A DNA stretch of 64,000 nt from Schmidtea polychroa (Eukaryota), in NCBI GenBank assembly GCA_044892525.1, contig CM097886.1, positions 67,766,001 to 67,830,000 on the forward strand, written 5' to 3'. The first letter of the stretch is position 1. The number at the start of each line of letters is the position of its first letter. Positions 46,801 through 58,218 of this stretch are shown piece after piece. Both the position numbers and the translations under genes were made by a program. The notes beneath the pieces are model-generated. The model was not told the DNA's origin. It saw nothing but the letters and a program-made list of their open reading frames with translations, and did not search any database.

Positions 46801-49800
46801 ATAACGATTTAAAACGGTTTATAAGAAATTATTTGTTCACTTTATCGGATTTATAAGCATACTAAAGTTTAAAATCACTCACTAATGCCAATTATTAATT
46901 GGAGAATTTTCACAAAATATTTGCATAAATTGTAAATATAACTATATTTGATATAGTCAAAGATATTTTTCATATAAAAAACTGAAGAAATTTGTTTACT
47001 TAAGATTCTAAGCGTTGTTGTTTGACTCAAATTAAGCAAATTTGTATTTTAAAAATGTCATTAAAATAAAATGGATAAATAAAAAAAAAGTTTGCTTACA
47101 TCCTTATAACAACAATATCAATAAATATAAACAATATTTCTGAACGGAAATGAATTATAAATGCATGATTTCAACTAATAGAATGAAAAGAAACATAAAT
47201 AAAATGACATTTGTTTGAAATTAATTATTTTATTATTCATATCTGTTTTTGTTGAAATTTATTACTTTGTTTTTAGATGAATTTGCAAAATATTTTTGTT
47301 ATTAGGATTTTACTGAAATTGTTTACCTAGTGTCTTTGCCCAAGGAATGAAAGAATATTTTATAATGCATTTTTAATTTATTTAGAATTTAACCGATAAA
47401 ATATGTCATCATTTTGCATCATTTTTAAAAAAAGTGTATTTACAATTACATTTCATTTCGGTCATACCAATATTTTGTTTTCCATTCAGCACATTATGAA
47501 ATATTGTTGCCTTTTCAGTACACAAATCATCATTATTCTAAACCTATTTTTATCCTCAAACTGGTTATAAAGTACATGATATATAATCAAAATATTTTGA
47601 TCAAGTTTCTTCAGCAATCTTACTCCAGTTGTTGTGGTAAAACAATAATTATATGGAATTGTAAGAATAATTATACGAATTTTACATATCATCAAGAGCT
47701 TTCTTTGTAATTTCAATTGTTTATGTATTCAAAATCACAGTCATTATATTTGGCATTTTTTGTGACAACGTTTCTCATTAAATTGTAATTTAATAAAGAA
47801 TGCTAGCATTTGACTCTAGCAACTCTAAGTTCATAGCCTTTAATATTTCTTCATTTTCAGTTTGAAACTTTGTTTAGGCAATTGAATTAATATATAATAA
47901 CAACAGATCACTGAATTGACTTTGAAGTAATGCAAACCTTTGCCAAACGATTATTTTTAGAGTTCAATAATATCTTTGAAGATTAAACCTATAAATTTGA
48001 ACCATATTGAATTTAATTTTCCGTTAAGTTTTTTCTAAGCAATTTATATTTCGATATCGGTAAGACTTTCTTTTGTTTAAATAAACACGGTAAAGATTTT
48101 ATTAATAAAAATATATCTTTTTCACTATATATTTCGATAGTATCACTATCATCATCAGGTTACCTACATTCAAAACGGATGATATTGATAATACAATATT
48201 GATAATTTATAAACAAATGATAAAATCTATAAATTTTTAAATTTAAATAACAATTTTAAATGAATATTTTTAAAAATAATTTTCAACAATCAATTATTTT
48301 ATACTTTTAAAATTTTTAAAAAATTTTATTTTAATTATTTTTTAATTATTTAACATAACTATTATTCAATATACATCAACATACAGAAACTTAATTAAAA
48401 ACATTCAACACACACGTATTCACTGCATTCTGCACATCGATTTTAGGATTAAAATTTCTTATCAATAATGCTTCACTTATCACACGCTCAAAACAATTAT
48501 CAAAATTTTTTGATAGGATTATAAAATCCGACATTCCTAATTCTCTCATACAGACTTTATTGTGATCCCTAATATTGAACACTCCCTTCGGTCTACATTG
48601 TTCTTGAACTCGAGTACAGGGATGACGGGAAGTCTCTCCAATGTATGTGGCATTACACCCATTACATGTGAATTGATAAACGAGATCCGAACACAATCCA
48701 ACCGGCGTTTGAGATTTACTAACAAACATACTACGTACTTTGCACGATTTTGAAACAATTCTATAATTCAATTTACCCAGCTGTTTACCTATTTTTCTTT
48801 TGAAATCTTTATATCCTTCAGAATACGGCAATGCCATCGTATATTTTGGCTCATCTTGTTTGTTAGTTTCAATACTCATATTCACTACATCATTCGACAT
48901 ATCAGTCAATTTACATTCATTCATACTACGATCCTTTCTTTTGTTTGTTGGTAATAATATATCATGAATTACGGGAAATCTGTATTGAATGAAGTATATG
49001 GAGACCATTTGCCTTCAACGATTAGACATCAGAAATTATTTTATGACTAACTATGAAGACTAATCAAGTGGAAATTGCATACCAAATATATAATCCTGTT
49101 TGATATTATGGTATGTACGGTGTCTTCCACTTTGAATTGTATAAACCTAAGCAAACGATAAATATTATCAAAAGGTTTGTTCAATCATGATTATTTTAAA
49201 CCTCAATCGGCCTTATAACTTTAGTAAAAATTTCTTGTTCGATTAATATTGTCTGAAGTGGCTATCTTTTATTTTTGGCTTTTAAAATATTTTATCTGTG
49301 AAAAGTTTGAATAATAATGATGATGTTAAAGAGGCAGCTTCCAGCATTTTTACTTCAAAACCAGAGTCCCTTTACTGTTAATATTTGTTATTGGTGATTG
49401 CCATCATTTTATTTTTGTAGAATTGTTGAAATTGATGTAATTGTCCCCTCCTGCTAATATTAAAAAGCTTATTTAGAAAGATCAAACGTTAACAATAGTA
49501 TTGTAAATAAGTAGATTCAAAAGTAGACGAGTAGAGAAAGTAGTCATTATTGAGAGTAGATATTAAATAAAAAATATTGATTAAAAAATAAAATTTCTAC
49601 GCATACAAATACATACACCCCAAATGTTCCAATACACTTTTTATAGGAACCGCTATGTTCTTTAAAAACATTATGTGTATATCCTATAGACCCACATTTA
49701 ATATCTTAACAGTAAATAATCATTTATCTATTAGTGGGCAAGCAGGTGTTGATAATGAAAGGAAATGTATTATTGTTTAAATTAGTAAATCAGTTTCTTG

Positions 49801-52800
49801 TTTGTTTGATCATAGGAATGCCTTTTTTATTTCATAACCCAACTAAAATTGCATTACTTAATTGAGTTGGTTCAGTGGTATTTAATAAACAGATTCCTTT
49901 AGATCTTGCATTTGGAAAAATACTTTAAAACAGCAGTATTTTTTGAAGTAAATTGCAGCAATATTAAAGTATATTTGCCAGTGATTATTAATAAATATGC
50001 AATTATAAAATATTATTCCAACTACAGTTAATTATAGTATTTATGTGTTTTATAAATATTATATATTGTTTGTTTTCCTTTATTGTGAAGTCCCTGAAAA
50101 TGTCTCTATTAAAAAACTTTGAATTGAATTACAATTTGTATTTGGAAATGTGGTAAAATATGTGATTTCCATACGTCATTTTGACAAGTTATAATTAGTA
50201 ATGTATTAATAATTAATTATAATTAATTTAATATCTAACAAATAATGTAATAATTATAATCTCATTTTAAATACAGAATCTTTATTTTTGTATTTATTAT
50301 TTATATCTTAGTGGTCAAGGCTGTAAATATATAGCTAAGTAACTGTCGGTAGAAATTTAGTTGGAAAATTTGTAGTTATTTCTAAATTAAATTTATAAAT
50401 ATTTAGTAAATATTATTAAAATAATATTTTTATGATATATTTTTAATTTAATCAATACTTAATTGTTTTAAGGGCCCAGTTTGGTCATTATCGGCATTTG
50501 ATGACAGACTTTTTACTTGTAGTAGTGACAAAACCATTAAAGTCTGGGACTTATCATCAGAATTCGCCTGTATTAAAACAATTGATGGCCATACAGATTC
50601 TATTCTGTGTTTGACAATAATCAACGAACGGCTATATAGTGGAGGGAAGGATAATAAAATTGGGGTATTTCAAAATTGTTATCAAAACAATCATCAGTAT
50701 TATTATTATTATTATTATTATTATTTATTATCTTCATCAAAAAATCAATAACGGTAAAATTCTTCATTGAGCTCTTCTTTCAATTTTCCTATGCTGAAAA
50801 ATGCTGATTTTAAGATTTGAAATCTAATTAAGTAGTCTTTAATTAATTTATACAAGTCTAATAGTTTTTATACTTTCGTGACTAAGTTAACCTTTTGTAA
50901 AATTTATATTAATTAAAGTACGAATATGAATGACAAATATTAATCTAGTGAAAATTATTATGCAATGAGAAAAAATTCTGTTTTTTCTTAAACGATTGAA
51001 AAGCTTTGATTTTTACCTACTTCTTTTTGGTGTCCCTGGAAAATTCCATGTTCTAAAGCATATTTGTCATCCCTTTCGGTTAAAGTTTATTTGCCATTTT
51101 TATTTTCAACCTTTTATACCTTTTGAATTTCGACAAATCTCATTAGATTGCGATAAAGTAAATTATTATAAGTCAATATTATTACTATTATTATTATTAT
51201 TATCATTATTATTATTATTATTAATAATCAAAGAAAGAAGGCGAAGTTTTAATAATAGAAAATCTCCAAGTATATTAAAATATAACATTGCTATATATTT
51301 TGACCGTTTATTGGTTTTCTTCAGGCAAGGAATCGTATTAATTATAATAAATGAAATAAAGAATATTCAAACAAATTAACAAATAATAATTGTAATCAAA
51401 TTGTATCAAACTAAAAAATATTTTAATAAAATTTTTCTTCTTTTTAAAAATAAAAAAAAAATTTTAAAAATTACTATTTTAATTTTTATAAAAAATTATT
51501 TTAATTTAAATTTAAAAATTAAAAATTGTTTTCATCCAAAATAATAAATATACAAGTTAAATTATTTAAATACATTCAAAATCTCTGTAGACTGGTCACT
51601 TTGAAATTTTAATTATAGGATTTAAAGATCTAATTAGAAATGCCTAGCACGTTACTTGATCCCAGTAATTACTCAAACTCTTCGACAAGATCCTAAAATC
51701 AGCAATACACTTCCTAAGATGATTACTAATTTGGGTGAATACATTTCGCCGGCAATGCTCAAGAACTCGAATGCAGAGATGATGGGCAGTCGTCTCTGCA
51801 ATGTATGTGACATTACACCCATTACATGAAAATTGATACACGAGTTCTGAACACAGACCAACTGGAGTTGGTAACTTATTAGTGAACATATAGTCTTATC
51901 TACATGTTTAAGGATCTTATGCTAGAATTTTCTGAAACCTTCAGAATAAGGTAATACCAATACGTATTTTTGATCAGTGTGCTTAGATCGAATATTGTCT
52001 ATAAGATTGATAACCAGAAATTATGCAGACCGACCTGATGGGAAACATATTTACATACTGCCAGAACTCTAGTAGAAATGGATCTGTGACAGGCACCATC
52101 TAGTATAAAACATTTTTGCTATTATAAATTAGAAGAACCTTCTCATTTAATCACCTGTGAAAATTATGTTTTTTTATTAACAAATTAAATGACTTAGTTA
52201 ATTCTGTAAATTTAACCACTTTTACTGGCAATTAATCAACATATACGCGCGGCGGATCTTCCAAAAATATTTGCAGCGAGTTAGCATGTTATTTTAGATT
52301 ATATAAATAAGTCGGGTCCTATACAATATATAACTTTGCAAAGATCACAAGACGTGCTATGCATGGCCTTATCGACATTTAAGCTCAAGCGGTTAATTGA
52401 TTAAATTGATATTAAAACATTTTTTCTAGGTCTTTTCGGTTAAAATTAATTTTTTACAATTTTATAATATTATAAAATATAATATTTCTATAAAATATTT
52501 CAATTTCAGGAATGGTGTCTGAATACATTGACAAATATTCAGTTTATCAATAATGCTCATCCTCGAGATTATGTCAGTTCTTTAGCAGGAAATGATCCGT
52601 TTTTATTATCCGGAAGTAATGGTTCATTAAAAGTAATTAATTGTAATTAGTCACATTAAGAACAAAGAATATTTTATTATTAAATATCATTATGAGTCAA
52701 CTCTTATTACTAAATGTTATTATACTCTAGGTAAGCCATTTAATTTTTTCCCAATGTAGGACTATGTTTGTGGAAGTCTATAGAAAGCATTCTTTGATAC

Positions 52801-55800
52801 TTTACTATTACTCTATCTAATTATCAACATCTTTTCCACTGGCTATTTAAATGAAATCTGTGAAATAATATTGAATAGTTTATCAAAGGCAGTTGTCGTG
52901 ATATGCTATTTCTATAATGAAAATTCAGCAAAGTAGTATTTCATTCTCACATAATTTCTTCGGTAATTTGGCTTGTTCTAGTTAAAATGAATTTTACTTA
53001 AGTCATTATCATTAAGATATTTTAGCTTTTTCACTTTTGATCTGTTTTATTTACTATTTCGCTTATCAATATTTGTTTTACATTAATTATCAATGTGGAA
53101 TAGAAAACAAATTATTGACCTATGGTCTGAAAGAAATGAAGATTATCGAAATTGTATGGATAGTATAGTCGTTTCAATTATTGGTGACATTTTGCAGTTG
53201 TTTATTTCTGTTCATATGGATTTCTTTATTTTTAAGATTGAAATAGATGTATTTTTCATTTTTATTTATATGTATGTCCGATATATTGTATATTGTGTAA
53301 CAAATATAATATATAATAAATAAGTAAATAAATATCTAATTCCAATATTTCTTGCACCAAACTTAATTGAGATACGCCTTCTATGATATAAGAAAAAAAT
53401 CAATAGAGTTATAATATAGAAACATATCTGTTCAATTTGATGTCATTATTTCCAAGTACAGTGAGATATACTCTACACTATAGAAATTGAAAAACTGATA
53501 GAAAAATTAAATATTACATGCAAACACAACACATAATAAAAATATTACAATAAACAGTTATATATACATTATAATTTTAGACAATTTTTAGAAAAAATGA
53601 TGGCGAAAAATTTAGTTTCCGTGAAAATGAGATATTGTAAGATTTCTTTTAAAGTTAAAATTAATTTAATATTTGCATAGCATTTCAGAAATTTCTGTCA
53701 AAACACTTCATTTCGAAAAGTGATAAAAAAAATAATATTTATTTATAAGTTATAATCAATTTATTATTTTCATGGGGTTTCAGATATTGATGGACCTTCT
53801 ACAATGCCTAATTCCGCAAAAAGAAACCATAAATTGTAAATTTCATTTATTTCAGAATTTCTGATATTGACAAAGTACGAATAAAAAATTCCATTTAAAA
53901 TGGCGAAGATTATTTCCATTTTGTCCATATTCTAGACTTTTCTCGAAAGATTTAAAAAAATACATATTTATGGAAATTAATTTGTTGTTTTCTAATAAAT
54001 AATTGATCTACTTATTTTAAATTGAAATAATTTCGCAAATAAAATGTATAACTTTCTGAAAATGTAGAAAAAATGATAATAGAATGAACAAAATCGAGTA
54101 AGTTATGAAAACAAATTATTCACCAAGTTGATTTTACTTGTATTGTTAAGTGTTTCTCAGTGAGGTTTGGTATAACACTTGATAAAGGCAGTGCAAAATA
54201 TTTGTGTTACATAGGAAATTATAAATGTTTAATCAATAGTCGCAATGAAAATAATTAAAAAAAATCTAATACTAAAAATATAATTTTGGTACTTTACTCC
54301 AGAACGTAGGAATTCCATGATTTAAAGTTATTTGGACTGCAAAAAAAATAGCAGTGGGTTAATTTGTTAGATAGCCAAAAATTACAAATTTACAAATTAC
54401 AAAAGTTATTTATGAAACTATTATAAACTGAGCGTTTACTTACCAAAAATTATTTTATAATTCTATTATTCATACACAAATGACATATTGTCATCTTATA
54501 TTGTTAAGTTGGCAACAAATGTCAAATGAGACAATCATTTTTGAACGGAGGTAGTATTGTTTCTGCGATTAAACTTGACTCTAATTTTATTGTTATTATT
54601 AGATAATTGAACATTATATTAGATTTGAATATACATTATATTAAAAATGATTTTTTGAATAGATATGGAATTCCATGGAATTACACAAAGGTGCACTTTT
54701 CGAAATTAATGATTTAAATGCTTGGGTACGATGTATCAGTTGCAAAGATAATCTCCTATATATTGGTATTAATAAAATTCAGTTGAGATCTCTCAACAAT
54801 TCTACAATCGATACAGCACAGTTTTCTGTGTTGGCTGACCTAAATCTTCCAAAACCTGATTCTCATGTACATTCTATGTTATTTGTTGATAGATTTTTAT
54901 TGTGTGGAACCAGCCATGGAGACATATGTGTGAGGAAATTTTGATTTATGAAAGTTATTTATTTTTCTTATTTTCTATGATCTTAATTATNNNNNNNNNN
55001 NNNNNNNNNNNNNNNNNNNNNNNNNNNNNNNNNNNNNNNNNNNNNNNNNNNNNNNNNNNNNNNNNNNNNNNNNNNNNNNNNNNNNNNNNNNNNNNNNNNN
55101 NNNNNNNNNNNNNNNNNNNNNNNNNAACCGACAGTGAACTCTGATCCAAGATAAAATAATAGTTTGAAAGTTCATTATTATGATATTTTTGATATATTGT
55201 GTTGTAATATATACAAATGGAAAAGTAAGCTTTCTTCCAAATTTTGTCCAGTGAGAAGATCATTTAATAATTCATAGGGATTTGAATTCATGTTACTCTT
55301 GTTCATTTAAATGTGGATTTTTAACATGATATCTCAGTAACTCTTTTATGTATTTTAGATTTTGTTGAACTTATTCAGAAGTTTAAAGATAGTGTTGTTT
55401 TTTAAATGTTTCACCTTGTGTACTTCTAATGTTTCAGATTCCATTACAATTTATCGTCAATTGATTAACTAATAGTGTCTCTTTTATAAATATACCAGAA
55501 ATATATCCGGTATAATATAACTTATGAATTAGTCTTATACTTCATCTTCGTAGATGGTATCATTATTAATTAGTTCTGGCCACAATTTTGTCAGCATTTG
55601 AACCTTTCCAAAAATGAAGTTTATATGACTGATGAAAAACTATTACAGTGATTCCTTCATTAAAAGTTAACTTGTGTAGAATTATAATCTTTTCCCATAT
55701 AATCATAAAATAAATTAATTGTACAATAAATTTAATTAAAATTATAAAATTTAGTAATTTTTTGTTTCTTTTTGAGGAAATAAATTTAAATTATCAATAG

Positions 55801-58218
55801 ACACTTGAAAAGTGTGTCAAAAAGTAAAAAATTAATCTATTTTTCTTTTATGTCATTTAAAATTTTAAAGTGACAAATATTTTTTTGTTTCCAAAGAAGT
55901 TGAGATTGTGCTTTGGAATTTTCTAGATTTGTTAAATATTCTTACTCTTTGTTCACATTTAAATTTATTCCAGATATGGGATTATAAAACAAGAGAACTG
56001 GTTAATATTTTATCTGGCCACATGGAACGAGTCAATTATTTTTCCAGTATGCACGTCGGAGGAGTTTGTAGGATATTTTCAGCATCAAATGATCGCACAA
56101 TTCGAGTAATCCTTTCTAAATATTTTAAATCGGATTTTTTGTGTAAAAAACTTTTAATTGATTTTTAAAGCATAAATTTTTATTTTCATGATTGATAGAA
56201 TATTGAAGTATTATTCTTTTTTTGCAATATATCAATAAAATTATTAAATATGATCAAAGATCTTCGGTTTACACTTGATAGATTTTGCTGAAAATTTCTA
56301 GTTTCCATCAAGAATTTTATCTATTGTTTTCTAGCTGCAAAAATAAAGTAAATGTCTTCGTAAGTATTTTATACTACTACCATTAACGGAACAGTGTGGT
56401 TAAATAAAAGATTCCAAAGTTTTATTAACCATTTAAGTGTAAATTTATTTTTGAGATTTTTTGGGATTTTTTTGGTTTGATAATGTACTACTAAAATTTA
56501 TAAAATAAATTCAAAAATAATTACTAAAGGCTTGAGATTGGTGTAGATGTACCAACTAACCTCTAAACTATAAGGACTACGTGTAAAAATGAAAAAGTAG
56601 TGAAATGACATTAATTGTTATGGTTTATAAATTAAAAATAGCACTGGTGTTCTGCGGAGCCTAAATAGATATTTCGCAAAAATTTGGAGTAAATTTAGAA
56701 AATTGAACATATTCTACTTCATAATGAAAGACGGGCGACGGTAAAACTTCATTGAGTTTTATGATGTGAAGAGCAGGCGAATATTTTTAGTACCTAGAAG
56801 TTGGGTACAACAATAAGTCTTTAACAAGTGCCAATATTTTTTAATGAGGGAGAAAGGCTATCTCTCATCCTGTGTGCATGAAAGAGATGTGGTAGATGGG
56901 ATTGTTTTTACCTGATTCGCTAATATTTCTTTAATAACATTTTTTTTATTTATACTATTTTGAATTACCCAACCTAAAAAATAAGCTAAGTGTTCCGTCG
57001 CTGAAAAAGTTTGGAAAACCCTGCTCTAAAACATTGTTTCTTAACCTGGGGTCCATGGAATTTTCAAAAACTTTAATTTCATTACCAACATAAAGTTATT
57101 AACCAGTGTATTTTTTTAAATCAAGATAATATTTTTTTTTATCTCAGAACAAAGTCCTTGTTAAAAATGAATTTCAATTCAAAAACGCTTGGAAAGTTCT
57201 GGTCTTCTGTGAGAAAAGCCTACCCTTTGCTTATTAAACGACCTATGAATGGTATAATTCCATTTGCCAATTTCATTACTTGTGACGTTTGAATACCCAA
57301 CATGATATGCGCGTTTATTAATTAAGAAAAAACAGCAACAGCCTTCACATTAATAAATTGTTGATGATTATAAGTTATAAAGTATAAAGTGATGATTTCT
57401 TGGTAGTGGCATTTATTGTTTTGTATAAGTTATAAATATTAAAATTAAATATTTATTAATAATTGATGTTTTTTAAATTTTTTTCCGTTTTACATATTGT
57501 CGGGAGGTTCTTTAATAAATTATAAAAAGAGATCTATTACACGGGAAAAGTTAAGAAAGACTGCTCTAAAAGATTGAACAGTGAATATTAGTAGTATTTT
57601 ATAATAAAAAGACTAATTTTTTATTGTTAAGTATATCATCTAATATAACAATTATACCACTTCATTAAATATATAAATACATTTCTTAGAAACTAAGATA
57701 ATGAAGCTCGTTTTGTCTTATTGGGCGTTGACAGCCATAAAATCAAGATTTCGAGAACGAAATCTAGCAAATCATCTTTGATATATCCGAACTGTAGAAG
57801 CATCACTCGATAAAACCGAAAAAATCATGTCCACTGCTTTATAAGTTTTTTGTCAATAGATATGAAGACTTTCTATTTTGCCTTTAAAACCTTGAAATAA
57901 ATAGTAAAATAAACAAAAATTACAAAAAATTACTTTTTCTCATCGGTTAAAAGTGAAAAATTTAAAGAAGTTAAAATGACTCACTATAATTATTATTATT
58001 AAGTAATTTGTTTAAAGGCTAACATTAAATTAATAGTAACACTGATTTTGATTGTTCTTTTATTAAAATTATTTTAGGTGTGGCGAATGGATCATATGAC
58101 ATGTACTCAGATTCTTGCTCGCCATCAAGGTAGTGTACAATCTATTCTGTGGTGGAAAGGCCGTTTGTTTTCCGGCGCCGTCGACACATCTATTAAAGTT
58201 TGGATAGCTGGAGTTTAA
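34710..58218 (+). CDS. TRAF7: E3 ubiquitin ligase TRAF7 (RING, TRAF zinc finger, coiled coil, WD40 repeats), 13 exons
   Basis: Exons 34710-34814, 34860-34893, 37489-37666, 39904-39979, 40026-40084, 42080-42273, 42318-at least 42434 (gap), 42821-42873, 50473-50664, 52510-52632, 54663-54929, 55974-56105, 58078-58218; phases compatible. Motifs [69 protein letters not shown]. Confidence 0.95.
34860..34893 (+). CDS. TRAF7: TRAF7 exon 2 (HSFCKIC)
   Basis: 45-nt upstream intron; completes the RING ligands. Confidence 0.9.
35905..36030 (-). pseudogene. hAT dimerisation-domain remnant
   Basis: ASASTERIF motif; otherwise decayed. Confidence 0.35.
36850..37247 (-). pseudogene. Decayed ORF with two tandem ~56-aa units, antisense within TRAF7 intron 2
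   Basis: DNA period 160-168 bp (TTAACTTCTG at 36888 and 37048; GATAATGA at 36947 and 37115). Units read [30 protein letters not shown] and [30 protein letters not shown]. Confidence 0.55.
37489..37666 (+). CDS. TRAF7: TRAF7 exon 3
   Basis: SCPYD...LEIRCRYGC...EIDENGCP; phase 1/2. Confidence 0.93.
38960..39400 (+). pseudogene. Possible Ulp1/C48 protease remnant
   Basis: [12 protein letters not shown] followed by LLNFF and FGY, resembling the Ulp1 WL.D..INFY segment. Multiple stops; catalytic residues not identified. Confidence 0.3.
39904..39979 (+). CDS. TRAF7: TRAF7 exon 4
   Basis: [17 protein letters not shown]. Confidence 0.93.
40026..40084 (+). CDS. TRAF7: TRAF7 exon 5
   Basis: [16 protein letters not shown]; 46-nt upstream intron. 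Confidence 0.93.
40745..40960. repeat. Imperfect inverted arms built from CATCC / GGATG units
   Basis: Left arm CACATCTCCATCCACATCC...ATCCATCC; right arm ATGGATGGAT...GATGGGATGGAGAT...GGATATGTG; spacer about 110 bp. Confidence 0.45.
41496..41940 (-). pseudogene. Unidentified intronless ORF with one apparent frameshift, antisense within TRAF7 intron 5
   Basis: ORFs 41716-41940 and 41496-41780 overlap in different frames; joined they give about 148 aa. Confidence 0.35.
42080..42273 (+). CDS. TRAF7: TRAF7 exon 6 (zinc-finger end and coiled coil)
   Basis: CQFKG...[24 protein letters not shown] donor is inferred from phase; the nearby GTAAAT would introduce a stop. Confidence 0.88.
42318..42434 (+). 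CDS. TRAF7: TRAF7 exon 7 (3' end at or inside the N gap)
   Basis: ACAG acceptor, 44-nt intron; phase 1 at 42434 would fit exon 8. Confidence 0.75.
42435..42579. other. Assembly gap (145 N)
   Basis: Run of N. Confidence 1.
42821..42873 (+). CDS. TRAF7: TRAF7 exon 8 ([14 protein letters not shown])
   Basis: TTTTAG acceptor, CAG|GTAATT donor. Confidence 0.93.
43985..44153. repeat. Long palindrome (arms about 80 bp, 5-nt loop); probable hairpin MITE
   Basis: Left arm GGGACTATTTGGATAGCAATATATGACGTCATTTTATCGTTACATTACATAG... matches the reverse complement of the right arm with about 10 differences; loop AACAT at 44068-44072. Confidence 0.9.
44465..45441 (+). mobile_element. Tc1-like deletion derivative nested in the hAT element
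   Basis: TA|CACC(T/C)AATTCCGAAATTTAATAA TIR with one mismatch and TA flanks; internal direct copies of CCGAAATTTAATAA; HTH trace [24 protein letters not shown] at about 44885-44955. Confidence 0.85.
46070..46750 (+). mobile_element. mariner transposon remnant with right TIR
   Basis: [46 protein letters not shown] motifs; ends ACTTTCCGAATAACCTAA|TA. Left end not found. Confidence 0.85.
47450..48080 (-). pseudogene. Decayed N-terminal part of a Penelope-like ORF downstream of the ribozyme motif
   Basis: FGKGLHYF at about 47925-47948 resembles the PLE L.KGL.F motif; KKALDD trace further on; many stops. Confidence 0.35.
48121..48163 (-). ncRNA. Minimal type I hammerhead-ribozyme-like motif (copy 1)
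   Basis: GTAAC-CTGATGA-T-GATAGT-GAT-ACTATC-GAAA-TATATA-GTGAA: intact core, 6-bp stem II, palindromic short stem III, weak stem I. Confidence 0.65.
48391..49008 (-). mobile_element. Penelope-like retroelement, 5'-truncated (GIY-YIG endonuclease)
   Basis: LPYS; [26 protein letters not shown]; DH; [10 protein letters not shown]...P.ID.Q; stop at 48393-48391. Confidence 0.9.
49080..49390 (+). pseudogene. mariner transposase remnant
   Basis: [15 protein letters not shown] and [23 protein letters not shown] resemble mariner catalytic-domain and C-terminal segments. Confidence 0.55.
50473..50664 (+). CDS. TRAF7: TRAF7 exon 9 (WD40)
   Basis: GPVWSL...[10 protein letters not shown]...GHTDSILCL...LYSGGKD. 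Confidence 0.95.
51170..51222. repeat. (TTA)n microsatellite
   Basis: Imperfect TTA run; similar runs at about 50697-50728 and, as AAT, about 59504-59538. Confidence 0.8.
51286..51330 (-). ncRNA. Minimal type I hammerhead-ribozyme-like motif (copy 2, core mutated)
   Basis: CCTTGC-CTGAAGA-A-AACC-AATAAAC-GGTC-AAAA-TATATA-GCAATG: stem I pairs 5/6 and stem III is the same as copy 1; two G-to-A changes (stem II closing base and GAAA to AAAA). Confidence 0.6.
51562..52050 (-). mobile_element. Second Penelope-like remnant (GIY-YIG), decayed
   Basis: VLPYSEGF; [26 protein letters not shown]; RVLEH; ends ILNVFK* (copy 1 ends VLNVFN*). Confidence 0.85.
52510..52632 (+). CDS. TRAF7: TRAF7 exon 10 (WD40)
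   Basis: TTTCAG acceptor; NAH..YVSSL...LLSGS.GSLK|GTAATT. Confidence 0.9.
54663..54929 (+). CDS. TRAF7: TRAF7 exon 11 (WD40)
   Basis: IWNS...LNAWVRCI...HVHSM...LLCGTS; GTGAGG donor. Confidence 0.92.
54991..55125. other. Assembly gap (135 N)
   Basis: Run of N. Confidence 1.
55974..56105 (+). CDS. TRAF7: TRAF7 exon 12 (WD40)
   Basis: [16 protein letters not shown]...[11 protein letters not shown]. Confidence 0.95.
56640..57023 (-). mobile_element. Charlie/Buster-type hAT MITE, one end intact
   Basis: Ends AAGTGTTCCGTCGCTGAAAAAGTTTGGAAAACCCTG, followed by CTCTAAAA; same family as 445-480. The other boundary is approximate. Confidence 0.55.
57032..57563. mobile_element. Charlie/Buster-type hAT MITE, 532 bp
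   Basis: TIR CATTGTTTCTTAAC / CAGTCTTTCTTAAC; perfect 8-bp TSD CTCTAAAA (57024-57031, 57564-57571). The interior shares TATAAAGTGATGATTTCTT with about 10286-10304. Confidence 0.85.
57700..57900 (-). pseudogene. mariner N-terminal HTH remnant
   Basis: [21 protein letters not shown] resembles the mariner V..RT..RWF.RFR.G.FD motif. Confidence 0.6.
58078..58218 (+). CDS. TRAF7: TRAF7 exon 13 (last)
   Basis: [20 protein letters not shown]...[19 protein letters not shown]. Confidence 0.96.
   Translation: MWRMDHMTCTQILARHQGSVQSILWWKGRLFSGAVDTSIKVWIAGV

Noticed and set aside
50996-51379. 127-aa plus-strand ORF with a poly-Leu stretch
   Set aside because: The poly-Leu comes from the (TTA)n microsatellite and the frame overlaps the antisense Penelope terminal region.
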